Shown: positions 39,196 through 52,582, counted from the stretch's first letter. The stretch: 64,000 nt of DNA from Eledone cirrhosa (GCA_964016885.1 OZ024743.1:47988001-48052000), one strand, 5' to 3'. Numbers and translations are program-made. Notes: generated by a model not told the origin, from the sequence alone.

Positions 39196-40134
39196 CTGGA
39201 TGGGGTTACTAGTTTATTGATGTGATGTTTGTCAATCAAAATAGTCATTTTATATAAAACATTTCTTAATAATTTTACATTGCTTTATATGGTGTATTCA
39301 ATTTCATGTATTGCTTTATATGATAGTATTCTGGAATATATAATGTTCTATGTGGCTTATTCTATATTTGTTAGGGTTTCACGTGGTCATATTTCATATC
39401 TATGTTGATTTTTCATCACCATCATCAGCACTTTTAACAGCTATTTTCCATGCTTTCATGAGTTAGATGGATCGTCATGTATCAATTGACCAGGTCTTGC
39501 TCATACACTCCATTTTTGCCTAGATTTCTATGGCTGGAATCCTTTCCTAATGCCAACCACTTTACAGCATGTACTGGGAGCATTTTATTATCCTGCATTA
39601 CCCCCATACAGGTTGACAGGGTGCTTTTTAATATGGCACTGGTATCATCATCATCACCATTTTGCATCCAATCTTCCATGCTAACATGGGTGAGACAGGT
39701 TGTCCTGTGTGGGCAATGCCAGGTCAGGTGACCTTGTCTTGCACATACGGGAACTGATTTTGGCTTGATTTCTACAGCTGGATGACCTTCCTAACACCAA
39801 TCTCATTTACAGTGAGTACTAGGTGCTTTTTTACTGTGGCACCTACACGACCACTTTACAGTGTGGGCTAGGTGCTTTTTTATTGTGACACCCCACAACC
39901 ACTTTGCAGTGGGAGGGGGTGGGGGCATATTGTCTATATGCTTCAGCTTCGGCTTGTACCTGCGGTATATATATATATAAACACACACATGCAATACATG
40001 TTGGTGTCACAATGAAAATGAACCCAGCTCACTCTCTAAATTGGTAGTGCAAATGCTACAATAAAAAGCACCTTGTCACCGTGAAAGTGGGTAGTGCAGG
40101 AGTCATAATAAAATGCTACCGGTACAAGCTGGGA

Positions 40135-40166
<32 letters not shown>

Positions 40167-40751
40167 GCTTGTTCCTCTGTGTGTAGTTATGCCTTTTTTC
40201 TTGTTTGTCTTGTTTCTAAATATTTATTCATTGACCAATTCATCAGTTATTTTTGTCATTGTTCTATTTTATTATATCTGGTTTCATTAAATTGTTATTT
40301 ATTGACAGTCTGAGAGGTGGAGGTGTATCTGGTGTCTCTAAATTGTCATTGTTGTTAAAAGAATAGGTCCACTCCTATTTCATATTTGTATGCTTAATAC
40401 AACACTACAGCGATGATGATAATCATTTTACGTCCGCTTTTCCTTGCTTGCAAGAGTGGGACGGATGACGATGATATTTATTGTATACTTGTTTATTATT
40501 AGAAGCAAATCCGACACTATAAACTTTTTTTAACAAAACACAATAAGGATATTTAACATAAGTACAAAGACATGAATTTTAGTGGAGGTGCATAACCAAC
40601 TTAATTTATAATATCCCTACTTGACTAGTACAAGGCAAAGTATATCAGTTGAATTCAGGATGTAAATACCACAAAACTTTTTTTATGTCGCACTACTAAC
40701 TCTGCTAAACCAACAGTCTGAAATGAAAATATAATAACAAATTCAAAATAC

Positions 40752-40854
40752 CTTCTAAAGCTTGTGTGATGTCTTCTTTAAAATCCCGAAACTGGAATGG
40801 TGCCAGAAATCCAAGGGAGCCAAGATGGAAAGACATTACTGGTGGTACACTTTG
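40752..40854 (-). CDS. NADK: NAD kinase exon
   Basis: CACAG|QSVPPVMSFHLGSLGFLAPFQFRDFKEDITQALE|GTATTT; the LGSLGFL motif. Confidence 0.96.
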
Positions 40855-40884
40855 CTGTGATTAGAACACAAAAATAGAATCGGG

Positions 40885-41030
40885 GATAAAACACAAGAAT
40901 AGAACAAAAATAAAATAAAGAATAGAATACAGGTACAGGATACAGGGATAGATATAGGAACAGGATATAGATACAGGAACAGGATACATGGATAGGATAC
41001 AGGTATAGATATAAGAGTAGGATATAGGAG
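40885..41030. repeat. Degenerate purine-rich microsatellite (GATACAG/GAATA-like)
   Basis: AATAGAATACAGGTACAGGATACAGGGATAGATATAGG pattern. Confidence 0.7.
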
Positions 41031-41210
41031 AAAATAAGGCCCTACACAGGTATAATATTACAGGATATGACTAACTCTTTACAATTTACACACCAAACAT
41101 ACAATGCATTTCCTATCTCAGTCATGTTGCTAAATAGTTATTTTTCCAAAGTTACCCATAATTTAATCCTGTATGTTATTTGTACATATATTGAACATTT
41201 ATATAATTAT

Positions 41211-41550
41211 GGAGGCACATGGCTTAGTGGTTAGAGCATTGGCCTTGCAATCGAAAGGTTGTGAGTTCAATGCTCAGACCGGGTGATGTGTTGTTTCCTT
41301 GAGCAAGACACTTTATTTCACATTGCTCCAGTTTACTCAGCTGTAGAAATGAGATGATAGGGACTGGGTTCCCTATCATTCCACTGCAAAGTGGACGTGT
41401 AGGCGCCACGGCAAAAAAGCACCCAGCACTCACTGTAAATGAGGTTGGTGTTAGGAAGGGCATCCAGCTGTAGAAATCAAGCCAGAATCAGTTCCCATCC
41501 CACCCTTGCAAGCAGGGAAAAGCGGACATAAAATGATGATGATGATGATA
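41211..41550 (+). mobile_element. Composite SINE: tRNA head, CORE-like box, RTE-derived 3' tail, (GAT)n
   Basis: TGGCTTAGTGG A-box, GAGTTCAATGC B-box, CCTTGAGCAAGACACTT, then GGTGTTAGGAAGGGCATCCAGCTGTAGAAA shared with the RTE 3' UTR. Confidence 0.85.
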
Positions 41551-41699
41551 TCTTAGAAATAAATAATTAAAATATCATTATTATCTATAATCCCTTCCAT
41601 GGGTCAGTAACCAATATAAACTACAGGGTTTCCCTTATGCAAATTATTAATTTATTGAAACGTAAATTTCTCAGTTTGTATGACTATATATATAAGAAC

Positions 41700-41765
41700 T
41701 CTGTCTGACGAACGATCCAGACATATATTGTTGTCATTTGTGGTCCAGAAACCTTTGGTAATGGA
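41700..41765 (+). ncRNA. Type I hammerhead ribozyme motif between TA runs
   Basis: TCTGT-CTGACGA-(36-nt stem II region with GACA/TGTC)-GAAA-CC ttt GG-TA-ATGGA. Confidence 0.55.
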
Positions 41766-41820
41766 ATAGTTATATTTTGTGTTGTTCACTTTCTAACTGG
41801 TTATATATATATATGTATGT

Positions 41821-41934
41821 ATAGGAAAAGAGTCAGGACCCCGACGGCAGAGCTCAAGCCGTTTTGACAGTAGTCCAGAAATAGCTGTCGAAACGGCTTG
41901 AGCTCTGCCATCGGAGTCCCGACTCTTTTCCTAT
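41821..41934. repeat. Near-perfect 114-bp fold-back inserted in (TA)n
   Basis: ATAGGAAAAGAGTCAGGAC...GAGCTCAAGCCGTTTTGACAG / CTGTCGAAACGGCTTGAGCTC...GACTCTTTTCCTAT. Confidence 0.9.
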
Positions 41935-42528
41935 TACCTACTATATATATATATAGTTAGCGAAGAAAATGAACATTAACTGAATTATGGTATATATGAC
42001 AGACTTCCTTACAGTTTCCATCTACAAAATCCACTTGCAAAGCATTGGTAGTTAGCTCATGGCAATAGTGGTGCACAATATATGAATGTGAAACAGTGAA
42101 GTTATTTGTACTTTATTTCTCTATTCTATTCTTATATTCTACTAGTGGACCCATGACATCAATAATGATGGCAATAGTGTTTAACATATTCAATGTTTGG
42201 AATCTAGGAGTGGTATGCCATATATACCAGGATTACCAAATTTATTTCACATTGCTCCAATTTACTCAGCTGTAGAAATGAGATGATAGGGATTGGGTCC
42301 ATATCATTCCACTGCAAAGTGGTCGTGGAGGTGCCACGGCAAAAAAGCACCCAGTACTCACTGCAAATGAGGTTGGTGTTAGGAAGGGCATCCAGCTGTA
42401 GAAATCAAGCCAGAATCAGTTCCCATCCCACCCTTGCAAGCAGGGAAAAGCGGACATAAAATGAAATGATGATGATGATGATGAACAATCATACAAACTG
42501 AGAAATTTATGTTTCAATAAATTAATGG

Positions 42529-42564
<36 letters not shown>

Positions 42565-42750
42565 ACTGTAGTTTATATTGGTTACTGACACATGGAAGGG
42601 ATTATAGATAATGATATTTTAATCATTTATTTCTAAGATATAATTATATAAATGTTTAATATATGTGTACAAATAACATACAGGATTAAATTATGAGTAA
42701 CTTTGGAGAAATAACTATTTACAAAGATATATACATATATACATACACAA

Positions 42751-42783
<33 letters not shown>

Positions 42784-43665
42784 CAGGGTGCGGACGATAT
42801 TTGTTCGCAATTTTCAACTGCTAATTTTATGCACATTTTATTTACTTCCGTTGTCACTCTTGTCTTCATAAAAACAGTGACTATATTTCCATTATTTATT
42901 TTCAGAATAATTGATTATGAATAATTTTGAATCTCCAAATTTGTGGAAGAGACACAGATTTCTTCTTGGAATCCGTGCCAGGGGACCAGAAGATCAATTC
43001 CCAGAACAACAGGTGGCTCTCTGTCTCATCCAAAGACGTGCCCAGAGTCATGCAGACAAAGTTTCCAGCGACAACATTGGTCTTAGGTGTCGTCAGCAGT
43101 CAAGGTGACGTCAAGCCACCTCACTTCTTCCCTGAGGGCCTCAGGCTGAACACTGATGGCTACATCCGCGTACTGAGCGAGGTAGTAAAGCCCTGGATCG
43201 ACCAGGTAGCTGCAGGTAGGCCGTACGTGTGGCAGCAAGACTCAGCGCCCTGCCATACCAGCCGAAAGACCCAAGCCTGGCTGTCAGAGAACTTCGTCGA
43301 CCACACTTCACCTGACATCTGGCCTCCCAGCTCGCCTGACTACAACCCCCTCAACTTCTTTGTGTGGGGCACAGTGGAATGAGACACCCACCGATCTAGC
43401 TGCAATACGAAAGACGATCTAAAGGCCAGGATCACAAGTGCCTTTAAGGGCCTAAGTCGGGAGACAATGACGAAGGCCTGTAGCCAGTTCCGAGGCCGCC
43501 TTGAGGCCGTCATCAAAGCCAATGGCGGGTTTATCGAGTGAGATCGAAAGAACAAGTCATGAAGACAAATTGACCCAAGTTTGATAAATATATCTTAAAA
43601 AATAAAACTACTGTCTTACTTTTTCCTAGACAGTAATCTTGCGAACAAATATCGTCCGCACCCTG
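42784..43665 (+). mobile_element. Internally deleted Tc1/mariner (DD37D, maT-type) transposon
   Basis: Perfect 27-bp TIRs CAGGGTGCGGACGATATTTGTTCGCAA with TA on both sides. QQDSAPCH...WPPSSPDYNPLN gives 37-residue spacing, with the last D changed to N; in-frame stop at 43380; C-terminus ..ANGGFIE*. Confidence 0.93.
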
Positions 43666-44236
43666 TATATATTAGGGTGCTCCATTACTTCATTCTAGAA
43701 TTTTACATACACCAAAGTCACAAAGTAAGCGACTTTTTGTAGATCTCTCAACTCACGTGGTGTAAGCTTAAGTTGTTCTTTGAAATAATTAATAGTTTAT
43801 TAATTCCAGAAACCATGATTGGGGATAATGTATAAGTAAAACTGACTTATTTTAGACTGTCTAGCTTATATCTCCCCCATCGAGATTTTGGCTTAAGTTA
43901 AATATGTTTAATTGCTTCTCTGAGCTGATATTTCATTTTTATATTTTATCCTTTCATTGAGATGTCTAATTACTAGAGACAACTAACTTTTTAATTGGTT
44001 CAAAAGCTTATTTAGTTCAACAAAGATGAACAACATATACCATAATTATTAGACAAGGCATGAGTTAGCCTCAAGAAGAGCATTAGGCCATGGAAAAAAC
44101 TGCTTTCAAATGTCTCATATAATCCATGCTAGCACAGAAATACAGGTGTAAAATCAATGATCATGATGATACTATTAAAGCTGATATCTTTGAATAGAAG
44201 AAGAGAATAAGAATGTAAGATTTTAAAATAACACAC

Positions 44237-44322
44237 CTGGAAAAGAGAGGCTGCATACATCAAGGTTCCATCTCCACCTAAACATATCACAAGATCTATG
44301 CGATCTGTGAGGTCTTCATTAT
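44237..44322 (-). CDS. NADK: NAD kinase exon (GGDGT catalytic motif)
   Basis: AACAG|(D)NEDLTDRIDLVICLGGDGTLMYAASLFQ|GTGTGT. Confidence 0.97.
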
Positions 44323-46060
44323 CTGTTCAAGAAAGAAAACAAAAATTTACTGAGAAAAAAGGCGGGAAAAAGCAAAACAAAGTCAATTTTCTAGATCAGA
44401 CCAAGAAAATGTTGGAATCAAGCAAAAACAGAATGAGCAATGTAATGAGGGAACACAAGGAAAGGAAAGAACCAATCTTCATATCAGAACAAGGAAAGTA
44501 TGTCGCCATTGGGCTTTTTATTGCTGATACAATCTGCTAATCATACCTCCTGGCAGAAATGTCACTGCTTTTCTGGTGAGAGGAGACTGGATTTGAACTC
44601 AATATGCACAGAACTAGGACAAATAATTGTTTCTACTTTTGGCACAAGGCCAACAATTACCCAGTGTATTACTGGAGGACAAATAATGCAACAAATCCCA
44701 TCTCACACCTTAACAATTCTGCCAATTCACTGCCCTGAGCCGATAGCTTTTGACCCCTTCGGGATTGGTAAACAATCTAAGTTGAACTTGGCGGGATTTA
44801 AACTCAGAGTGAAGGGAGTCAGAACAAATATAAATCAATGTTTTGCACTGTCAATCCTCCACCCTGGACTGGTCCAATCTTAAAAGGGTGAAAAGCAAAG
44901 TTGACTCCAAAGCGAAGTGATTTGAACTAAAAGAATAAAAAGAACAAATCTCACAAAACATTTTTTTCTTACACCCTAATAACTCTGTCAGTTCACCAAT
45001 GAAAAAATTGTGAAAGTCTGTTCGTTTTTTTAATTCAATATTTTTCAATTACCACACATTTTTTAAATCTTCATAGATGTCAAAATCTTCCTATATCATC
45101 ATCATCATCATCATTTTACATCTGCTTTTCCCTGCTTGCAAGGGTGGGACCAAATAAAAATCTGAAATACTTTTTCCTAAAACTTTTTTCTTATATTTCC
45201 CAAAATATGATAGCATATTGTTGCATCACTGAAAACTGGGTTTTTGGATTCTCTCATGACACATTATTAGCATTAACATTTTAAATACAAAAACTGTTTA
45301 ATTAGCACTGTTGTATTACTGAAGACTGGGTCTTAGGACTCTCTTATGCTACTTTCCTGAAATAAACACATGGCAACACATTTTGGAGGTGGATACAGTC
45401 AATTATATAGACCCCACTACATAATTGTATTTATCAATTCCATAAGGATGAAAATCAAAGATAAACCAAGAGATATTTAATATCTTTTTTTTTTTTTTGT
45501 GAGTGAGAGAAGGACAATGGCTATGACCCTTTTCAGGGACTCCAAGACTGGTGAGAGGAAAGTATCCTTGACTGAACACCTACAATAGAGTGGCACCTGT
45601 AAAAAACACCTAAGTGGCTGGTGGTGATGTCAAGCTGAGTGACATTAAATCTATCACTTAAGAAGGCCACAGTGAGATCTGAACCCTTAATATAATGAGC
45701 CAGAGCAAACTATGCAAAGCATTTAATCTAACAATTTCTGCCAACCCACCAGTCTCAACTGGTTACTTCCTATATGCCTAATTTTGAACCAATGAGAGAC
45801 TCTTTAAATAATCACTTGATCTGCTAGATATAGATATCAGGCTGGTGTCTATCCTGGTTTCATTGGTGTTAAGTAACTACCAATAGCAGAGTTAACTCTC
45901 AGCTGTTGCTGGTATTAATTTCATTTCAGCTGAGTAGACTCAAGCAATTTAAAAATGAAGTGCCTGATCCGGGAACTGAACTAAAAAATCATTAGCTGAA
46001 CAATTCAGCCATTAGGTCACATGTCTTTATTAGAAATAGTTGCCAGACATCTAAATAATG

Positions 46061-46245
46061 ATTTCTAGTATAGCCACAAGGCCAGTAATTTGGGGGAAGG
46101 GGAAAGTCGATTAATTCGACTCCAGTACGTTACTGGTACTTTATTTTATCGACCTCGTAAGGATGAAAGGCGAAGTTAACCTCGGCGGGATTTGAACTCA
46201 GATTATAAAGGGCCGTAACTCTATGCTGCAAAGCATGGCGTTCGA
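46061..46245 (-). mobile_element. tRNA-derived SINE with 17-bp TSD
   Basis: CAGACATCTAAATAATG at 46044 and 46246. Confidence 0.88.
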
Positions 46246-46995
46246 CAGACATCTAAATAATGCAAGTCTGTATCCAGTGCTCTACTGCAGAGGTCAGGAA
46301 CCTTCAGTGTTTTAGCTTATTACAAGTGCTTCTTGGGTGCTTTGAAATTTTTATTTTTATTTTATTCAGTTAGAATCTTGTATTCAAATAAAAGACACAA
46401 CTTATGACCCAGATATTGAAGTAATTTCAGATAAGAGTCAAAGATAAAAATTGCATTCAAAAGAATCAAAGATAAACACTGCATAGTAAAAAAAAAAAGG
46501 CTAAATTCATGTTTCCTTGTATTTTTGTTAATAATGAATTATGCAGCTCTGGTAATCTTAATTTTTTTCCAGCTAAAATGACTCTTCAGATTGAAAAGTT
46601 TCTTGTTTCCCACTCTATCAATTCTGTCCAACTCCAGTAATAAAATACAATAACAGTTAATAAGGCTCCCTTTGGTCATGACTGACCATGTGTTTGCACC
46701 TGGAAAGTTACTGTCTAAAAGCACAAGACATGGCAAGGTGTTTTGTGAAAGACAAGCAGTCACCATGCATACCAGTCTTCCCTGACCACCGATGTTGTCC
46801 AAGGCAAAGGCCGATCGATACAGCTTAGCACTAGCATCATCATGACTCATTTTTTTTCCAGCTAAGTAGAACAACATGAAATAAACTGTTTTACTAAAGG
46901 ACACAACGTGCCACCTAATCAGCTAATTGCACTCCAGGCCTTACAACCCTTAGCCCTTAGTACTCTAACCACTACTCCATACACCTTCACTATAA

Positions 46996-47183
46996 TTGTT
47001 TCTACTTTTGGTACAAGGCCAGCAATTACCCAGTGCATTACTGGTACTTTATTTTATCGACCCCGTATGGATGAAAGGCAAAGTTAACTTCGGCGGGATT
47101 TGAGCTCAGTCCATAAAGGGACGCAACTCTGTGCTGCAAAGCATGGTGTCCGACCCTCTACAAATACTGCCAATCCACCGCCT
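46996..47183 (-). mobile_element. Full-length tRNA-derived SINE with 16-bp TSD
   Basis: TACACCTTCACTATAA at 46980 and 47184; intact A/B boxes on -. Confidence 0.9.
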
Positions 47184-47252
47184 TACACCTTCACTATAAC
47201 ACCAGTTAGCTACACTGTAAAACAACAACAAACAAGAAAACAAAAGACGTAC

Positions 47253-47358
47253 CTTGATTGAAAGTTTGCAGATGGTTCTTTATATTTTCATATCGTTCAT
47301 CATTGACAAATATAGGGTTTATAACCTTTGACTCCACAAATACAGTCAATTTTTTCTC
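47253..47358 (-). CDS. NADK: NAD kinase, most 5' exon recognised
   Basis: TTCCAG|EKKLTVFVESKVINPIFVNDERYENIKNHLQTFNQ|GTACGT; resembles EKxMxVxVE...L.TF of animal NADK; phase fits the next exon. Confidence 0.85.
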
Positions 47359-48437
47359 CTGGAAAGAAATTTTCAAGAATCAACAACATTGATTTCCTTT
47401 GTTAATTATAAATTTACCTATTTAGGGCAGTGAATTATCTGATTTAAATGGTATTTGTTCTGACTCACTGCGGCCAGAGGTCAAATCCTGCCATGGTCAA
47501 CTTTGATAAAGATGACTAGAGTACCAGTTCAGTACTGGGCTTGATTCTCTCTTTCTCTGGAAGAAATTGGCTCTGTTCAGACTGGGTGAGTGATGGGCTC
47601 CCCCTGGTTTAAAATATCCAAGCCATGCCATGTGTCAAAATGGCACCCCTACAACTTTAGGAGTTAAAGGTCCTTTATTATACCTATTTATTTATAATAA
47701 TAATAATAATGGTTTCTTATATAGGCACAAGGCCAGCAATTTTGGGGGAGTGGGAAAGTTGATTAAATTGATCCTGCTCAGGTGCACTACAACTCATCAA
47801 AGGTGCATTTACAGTACATAAAATAATGTACAAATGTCAGGGAAGTGAACAGTGTATGACTCATGATATACATGTGTGCATGTGTATGGAGGGGGAATAT
47901 TGATTTATCTATTTATTTCTTTTTTTTTTTCACTTCTTTTATTGGTTTCAGTCAGACTTTGGACATGCTGGAGCATCACACAGCCAATCATATCTGATCT
48001 CAGCCTTTTTTTCAAGTCTAATTATTTTATCGATAGTTTTCTTTTTGAACTGCTAAGTTACATGTCAAAAACAAACAATATAGTTTGACCTCATTTATAC
48101 ATATTTTGCCCTAATAGAGATGCAGGCATGGTTGTGTGGTGAAGAGGTTAGCATTACAATCGTGTGGCATTGGGTTGGCTGATCAATGCTTTGTGAAAGG
48201 AATTTTGTATAAGAAACTGTGTAAAAACTTTTCACACATGTACATGCATGTATATGTATGTAAAGTTAGTGACGATTGGGCAGAGACAACATAGGCTACA
48301 GAAGATGCTGCCATGGTACAATTCACTCAGTATATGCTGTCAACTGGTTGGTGTTGAAACCAAAAAATGAAATGTGTGAGCCAGTCATGGGCCTCTGATC
48401 TGACTAAGAGTGGATAGCAACTCTATTCTAACCAAAC

Positions 48438-49128
48438 TCTATATATAAAGTTGTAGTTCCTGTCTGCTTGTTTGTTCACAAACTCCTCCTATGGTTTTGG
48501 AGATAGACCCCCATAACCATATATATTCTGAAATTACATTGACCAGGGTACTTGGATAAGTATATTTCATTTTAATCAAAGTGTTCCCTGGGGGCCACAA
48601 ACCCCCGCTGAAAATGTTTCTCTTCGATTTATATGAAATTTAAACCATAGGTAAATGACAAGATATGATGCCTATTCACAAAATTTCAGCAAATTTCAAT
48701 AATATTAAGACACCCTAATGGGGGTTAAACCCCCTATCAGGTTTCTCTGGGGGCACAAACCCCTGCTGAAAATTTTTTCCCTTCAATTTATATGAAATTT
48801 AAACCATAAGTAAATGACAAGATATGATGCCTATTCACAAAAGTTTTGAATTGATATTTTGAAAAAAATTAATATTTACAAGAAACAAAATAAGAATAAG
48901 ATTAGCGTGGAAGCTGTACATTAAATGAAGATGATGATGATGATAATGAATGTAATTTTGATTTGATATATTACAAAAAATGTTTTCCAATTTTTCATGC
49001 ATTACATTTTACATTGAGTAATATTGAAATGCAGAGTTTTTCTCCATAAATTATATCACTGATTTAAAATCAATCATCATTTTCTTACAAATGTGTGAAA
49101 CGCAGCAACGTGTGCGTAATTCGGCTGG
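48438..49128 (+). mobile_element. Non-autonomous Helitron/Helentron-like element
   Basis: Starts TCTATATATAAA plus a GTCT/GTTT run; internal ~160-bp tandem duplication (about 48586 and 48745); ends with a GC hairpin and CTGG|T. Confidence 0.55.
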
Positions 49129-49246
49129 TGTATATATATATATTGACTGAATCAACAATACTTCATTACTTCTCTGAAGAGACTTAGCAAACACTTGCTT
49201 TGCTGAAGCATCATAGCAACACTAAGAATATGAATAAATCAACTTA

Positions 49247-49753
49247 CCATATATACTTGAATATAAGCCAATCCCCCTATTTTATGCAAATCCAAGCCAC
49301 ATTAATAAGTCAAGGCAGCTAATCAACACATTATGTTTACATGGCATAGTTTTGAAACTATCATGAGTGAAGAAGTTTTAATATTTAAAATGTTTAAAAT
49401 GTAGTTTATAATATTGTTCTAATGAAGTTTTAATATTTTGATATTTAAAATGTTTAAAATGTTGTTTATAGTTTAACTCCATTATGTCATGATTTTTTAT
49501 CTATTGCCGACCATTTGAAAACATATTCATTGAAAACTTATAAAAAAACAACAGGATATACAAATTTCACCTCTAAAGTGAAACCACTGTAATATTCACC
49601 TTCAAGGGAAAATATTTCAACACCTCATTTACATAGAATTTTGAAGTTGGTGAAAATCAGCAAATTATTGATCTCAAATATAAGTCAACCCCTATTTTAC
49701 CATCAATTTTTTGTCACATATTTCTCGCCTTATATACGAGTATATATATATGG
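49247..49753. mobile_element. pogo/Tigger-like MITE
   Basis: TA|CCATATATACTTGAATATAAG ... CTTATATACGAGTATATATATATGG imperfect TIRs. Confidence 0.6.
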
Positions 49754-49756
49754 CAT

Positions 49757-51283
49757 ATCATCACCATTTTACATCCATTCTTCCATGCTAGCATGGGTTA
49801 AACGGGTTGTCCAGTTGTGGGCAATGCTTAATTCAGGTGACCTTGTCTTGCTCATATGGGAACTGATTTTGGCTTGATGCCCTTCCTAACACCAACCTCA
49901 TTTACAGTGAGTACTGGGTGCTTTTTTACCATGGCGCCTAAACGACTACTTTACAGTGTGGACTGGGTGGTTTTTGTCATGACACCTACACGACCACTTT
50001 ACAGTGGGAGGGGGTGGGGCATACTGTCTATATGCTTCAGCTTGTACCCATGGAAAGTCGGGTCTTCTGTATTACTGCGTGATGCCAGAGGTCATAATCC
50101 TGTGTCATTGCCTTTGAGAGGTGCAATTGGGCAAGGTCAGCTTTTATCACCTCATCCCAGGTCTTCTTGGGTCTCCCCACTCCATGGCTTCCATCGACTT
50201 TTAGTGCTCTGCACCTGTCATCCTGCGTACGCATCACATGTCCATACCAACGCAACCTCCTCTCCTGCACACAGCATTTGATTCCTCTTATGCTCAGTCT
50301 CTCTCTCAATTTGTTTATGCTTTGCTGTTCACGTATATTACTATTACACATCCATCGGAGCATGCAAGCTTCGTTTCTTTCTAATCTACGCAAGTCTTCT
50401 ACAGACAACGCCCAGGTCTCACTACCATGTAACATTGCTGTTCGTATGCACGCATCATACAGTCTGCCTTTCATTTTGAGGGAAAAGCCTTTTGCAGCTA
50501 GCAGTGGTAGCAGCTTCCTGAACTTCTTCCATCCCATTCTTACCCTGGTTGCTGTACTTTCGGAACACCCACCTCCGCTGCTAATTCAGTCACATAGGTA
50601 GCAGAAGCTATATACTGTTTCTACAGAGCCCTCCTAGAGTTTGGTAGTGCTTGTTTCCTGTGGCCGTTTGCTGCTTGCTGTCCTAGTGCAGCTGCTACAT
50701 GTAAAGCCTACATTCCTAACTAAGCTTCCTGAGATCCCATTACATCTCTTGTGTACCCATAGTTTGCATTTGGGGCAGAGGATAGAATTCCTACCTACAC
50801 CTTTCCTACATACTGAGCAAGGCTGTTTTCTCATCTACTTATGAGGACCTTAGTCTTTGTGAGGTTGACTTTAAGACCATTTCTTTCTAATCCCTACTTC
50901 CATGTTTGGAATTTCTTCTTTAGTTCCGCCATAGATTCAGCTATAAGTGTAAGATCATCTGCATACAGAAGTTCCCATGGGCATCCGGTCTTAAACTCTT
51001 CTGTAATAACCTGCAATACTATAATAAACAGGAGAAGGCTAAGAACAGAGCCCTGGTGGACACCAACCTGTATGCTAAATTCCTAGCTGTAGTCATTGTT
51101 AACTCTAACTTTGCTGACTGCTCCCCTATACATGGCTTGTACAGCTTTCACAAGCCACTTATCTACTCCTACTAGTTTTCTAAGAGCCTACCAGATTATA
51201 GCACTGGGCACTCTGTCAAAGGCTTTGATAAATGCCAGGTAGAGTGGCTTCCTTTTAGCTAAATACTTTTCCTAATTACTTGA
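49757..51283 (-). mobile_element. Decayed RTE-PHD LINE (subfamily B), 5' truncated
   Basis: ORF remnants 50037-50537 and 50634-50834 (PHD); stops and deletions relative to the 53-kb copy. Confidence 0.92.
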
Positions 51284-51336
51284 TTATAACTACTGAGTTC
51301 TTCTTTTATTGTGTCCTACTAAGATTACTAGATCTT

Positions 51337-51358
<22 letters not shown>

Positions 51359-51420
<62 letters not shown>
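51359..51420. repeat. (GA)n microsatellite (second one at 51682-51712)
   Basis: Direct sequence. Confidence 0.97.
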
Positions 51421-51425
<5 letters not shown>

Positions 51426-51679
51426 TGTATAAAGAGATAGATATAATTATAGCACATGTAAATTAGAATACAGTGGCAACTGAAAATTTCAAAAATAGAA
51501 CTTAAAGTTTTCACCATTTACTGACGACAGAAAATAGTCTAATATTAGGGCGTAAGAACCACCATAATGGAAAAAAATGGGCATTCTTATGCTTATGCTA
51601 TTTTTTCTAATTCTATTTTCAAAAGACATAATTACATACATATAGATAGAAATGCACAAAAATTAATAAAGAAAATACA

Positions 51680-51716
<37 letters not shown>

Positions 51717-51929
51717 TGAATGTATCCAACACTTTAAAATTTTTGGTCAATCTTTGATCAAAAATTAGTCTAAGCTGGCAGCAATTAATTTCTCCATAAG
51801 CCACAGCAACAAACACTCAGCTAGAGATGTTTTGCTTTTTTTCTATGGATATAAGAAGGGTTTTGCAAGTAACAGATTTTAGAAAGTTTGGTTGTTGCCA
51901 TTTTTACATTAAAGTTTATTTTTATATAA

Positions 51930-52582
51930 TAATAATAATTGTTTTATATAATAATAATAATGAAATATAATGATAATGAAAATATTGTGTACACTGCTCA
52001 GGTGCACTACAACTCATCAAAAATGTATGTATAGTACATAGGGTAATGTACAAACGTCAGGAAAATGAACGGTGCATGAGTCATGATATACATGTGTGCA
52101 TGTGTATGGAAGGAGGACATCAAGTGTAGTTTTGGCGAATTTCGGGAAGCATGAGGGTTTTAAAGGATGCAGTGTCTCGGCAACTAACAACTGACACAGG
52201 CAGTTTGTTCCATGCTTCAGCAACTCTAAGCGTGAAAAAATGTTTCCGAAAGTCATGGGAGCTGTGCTGTTTTCTGATTTTGTAGGCATGTCCACGTGTG
52301 TTAGACACATGGAAATCAAAAAGGTGCTCAGGTTTGTTGTTGGCGAAATGGGTAATAACTTTGTGGGTGTTTACCAAGTCCATTGCCAGACGTCGGAGCT
52401 TCAATGAAGCAAGGCGTTCAAAGTATGGTAGGTGTCTGATGGAGGGTATGTGCTTGGTTGCACGTCTCTGAACAGTTTCCAGGTCAATGTTCTGAGCAAG
52501 ATAGGGGTTCCAGACTGATGATGCGAATTCCAAGTGTGGTCGTACCATAGCCATGTACAGCTTTAAATAGATGGCTGGAGAT
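51930..52582 (-). mobile_element. CR1-like LINE 3' fragment
   Basis: LYMAMVRPHLEFASSVWNPY...LETVQRRATK...TRGH...RKHFFTLRVAEAWNKLP; (ATT)n tail. Confidence 0.9.

Noticed and set aside
41821-41934. Rho-independent terminator or pre-miRNA
   Set aside because: Eukaryotic context with no U-tract; insertion in (TA)n points to a mobile-element origin; no expression evidence available.
49240-49320. Possible NADK exon ending ATG|GTAAGT
   Set aside because: The donor-like signal overlaps the MITE terminal inverted repeat, and there is no convincing NADK similarity.
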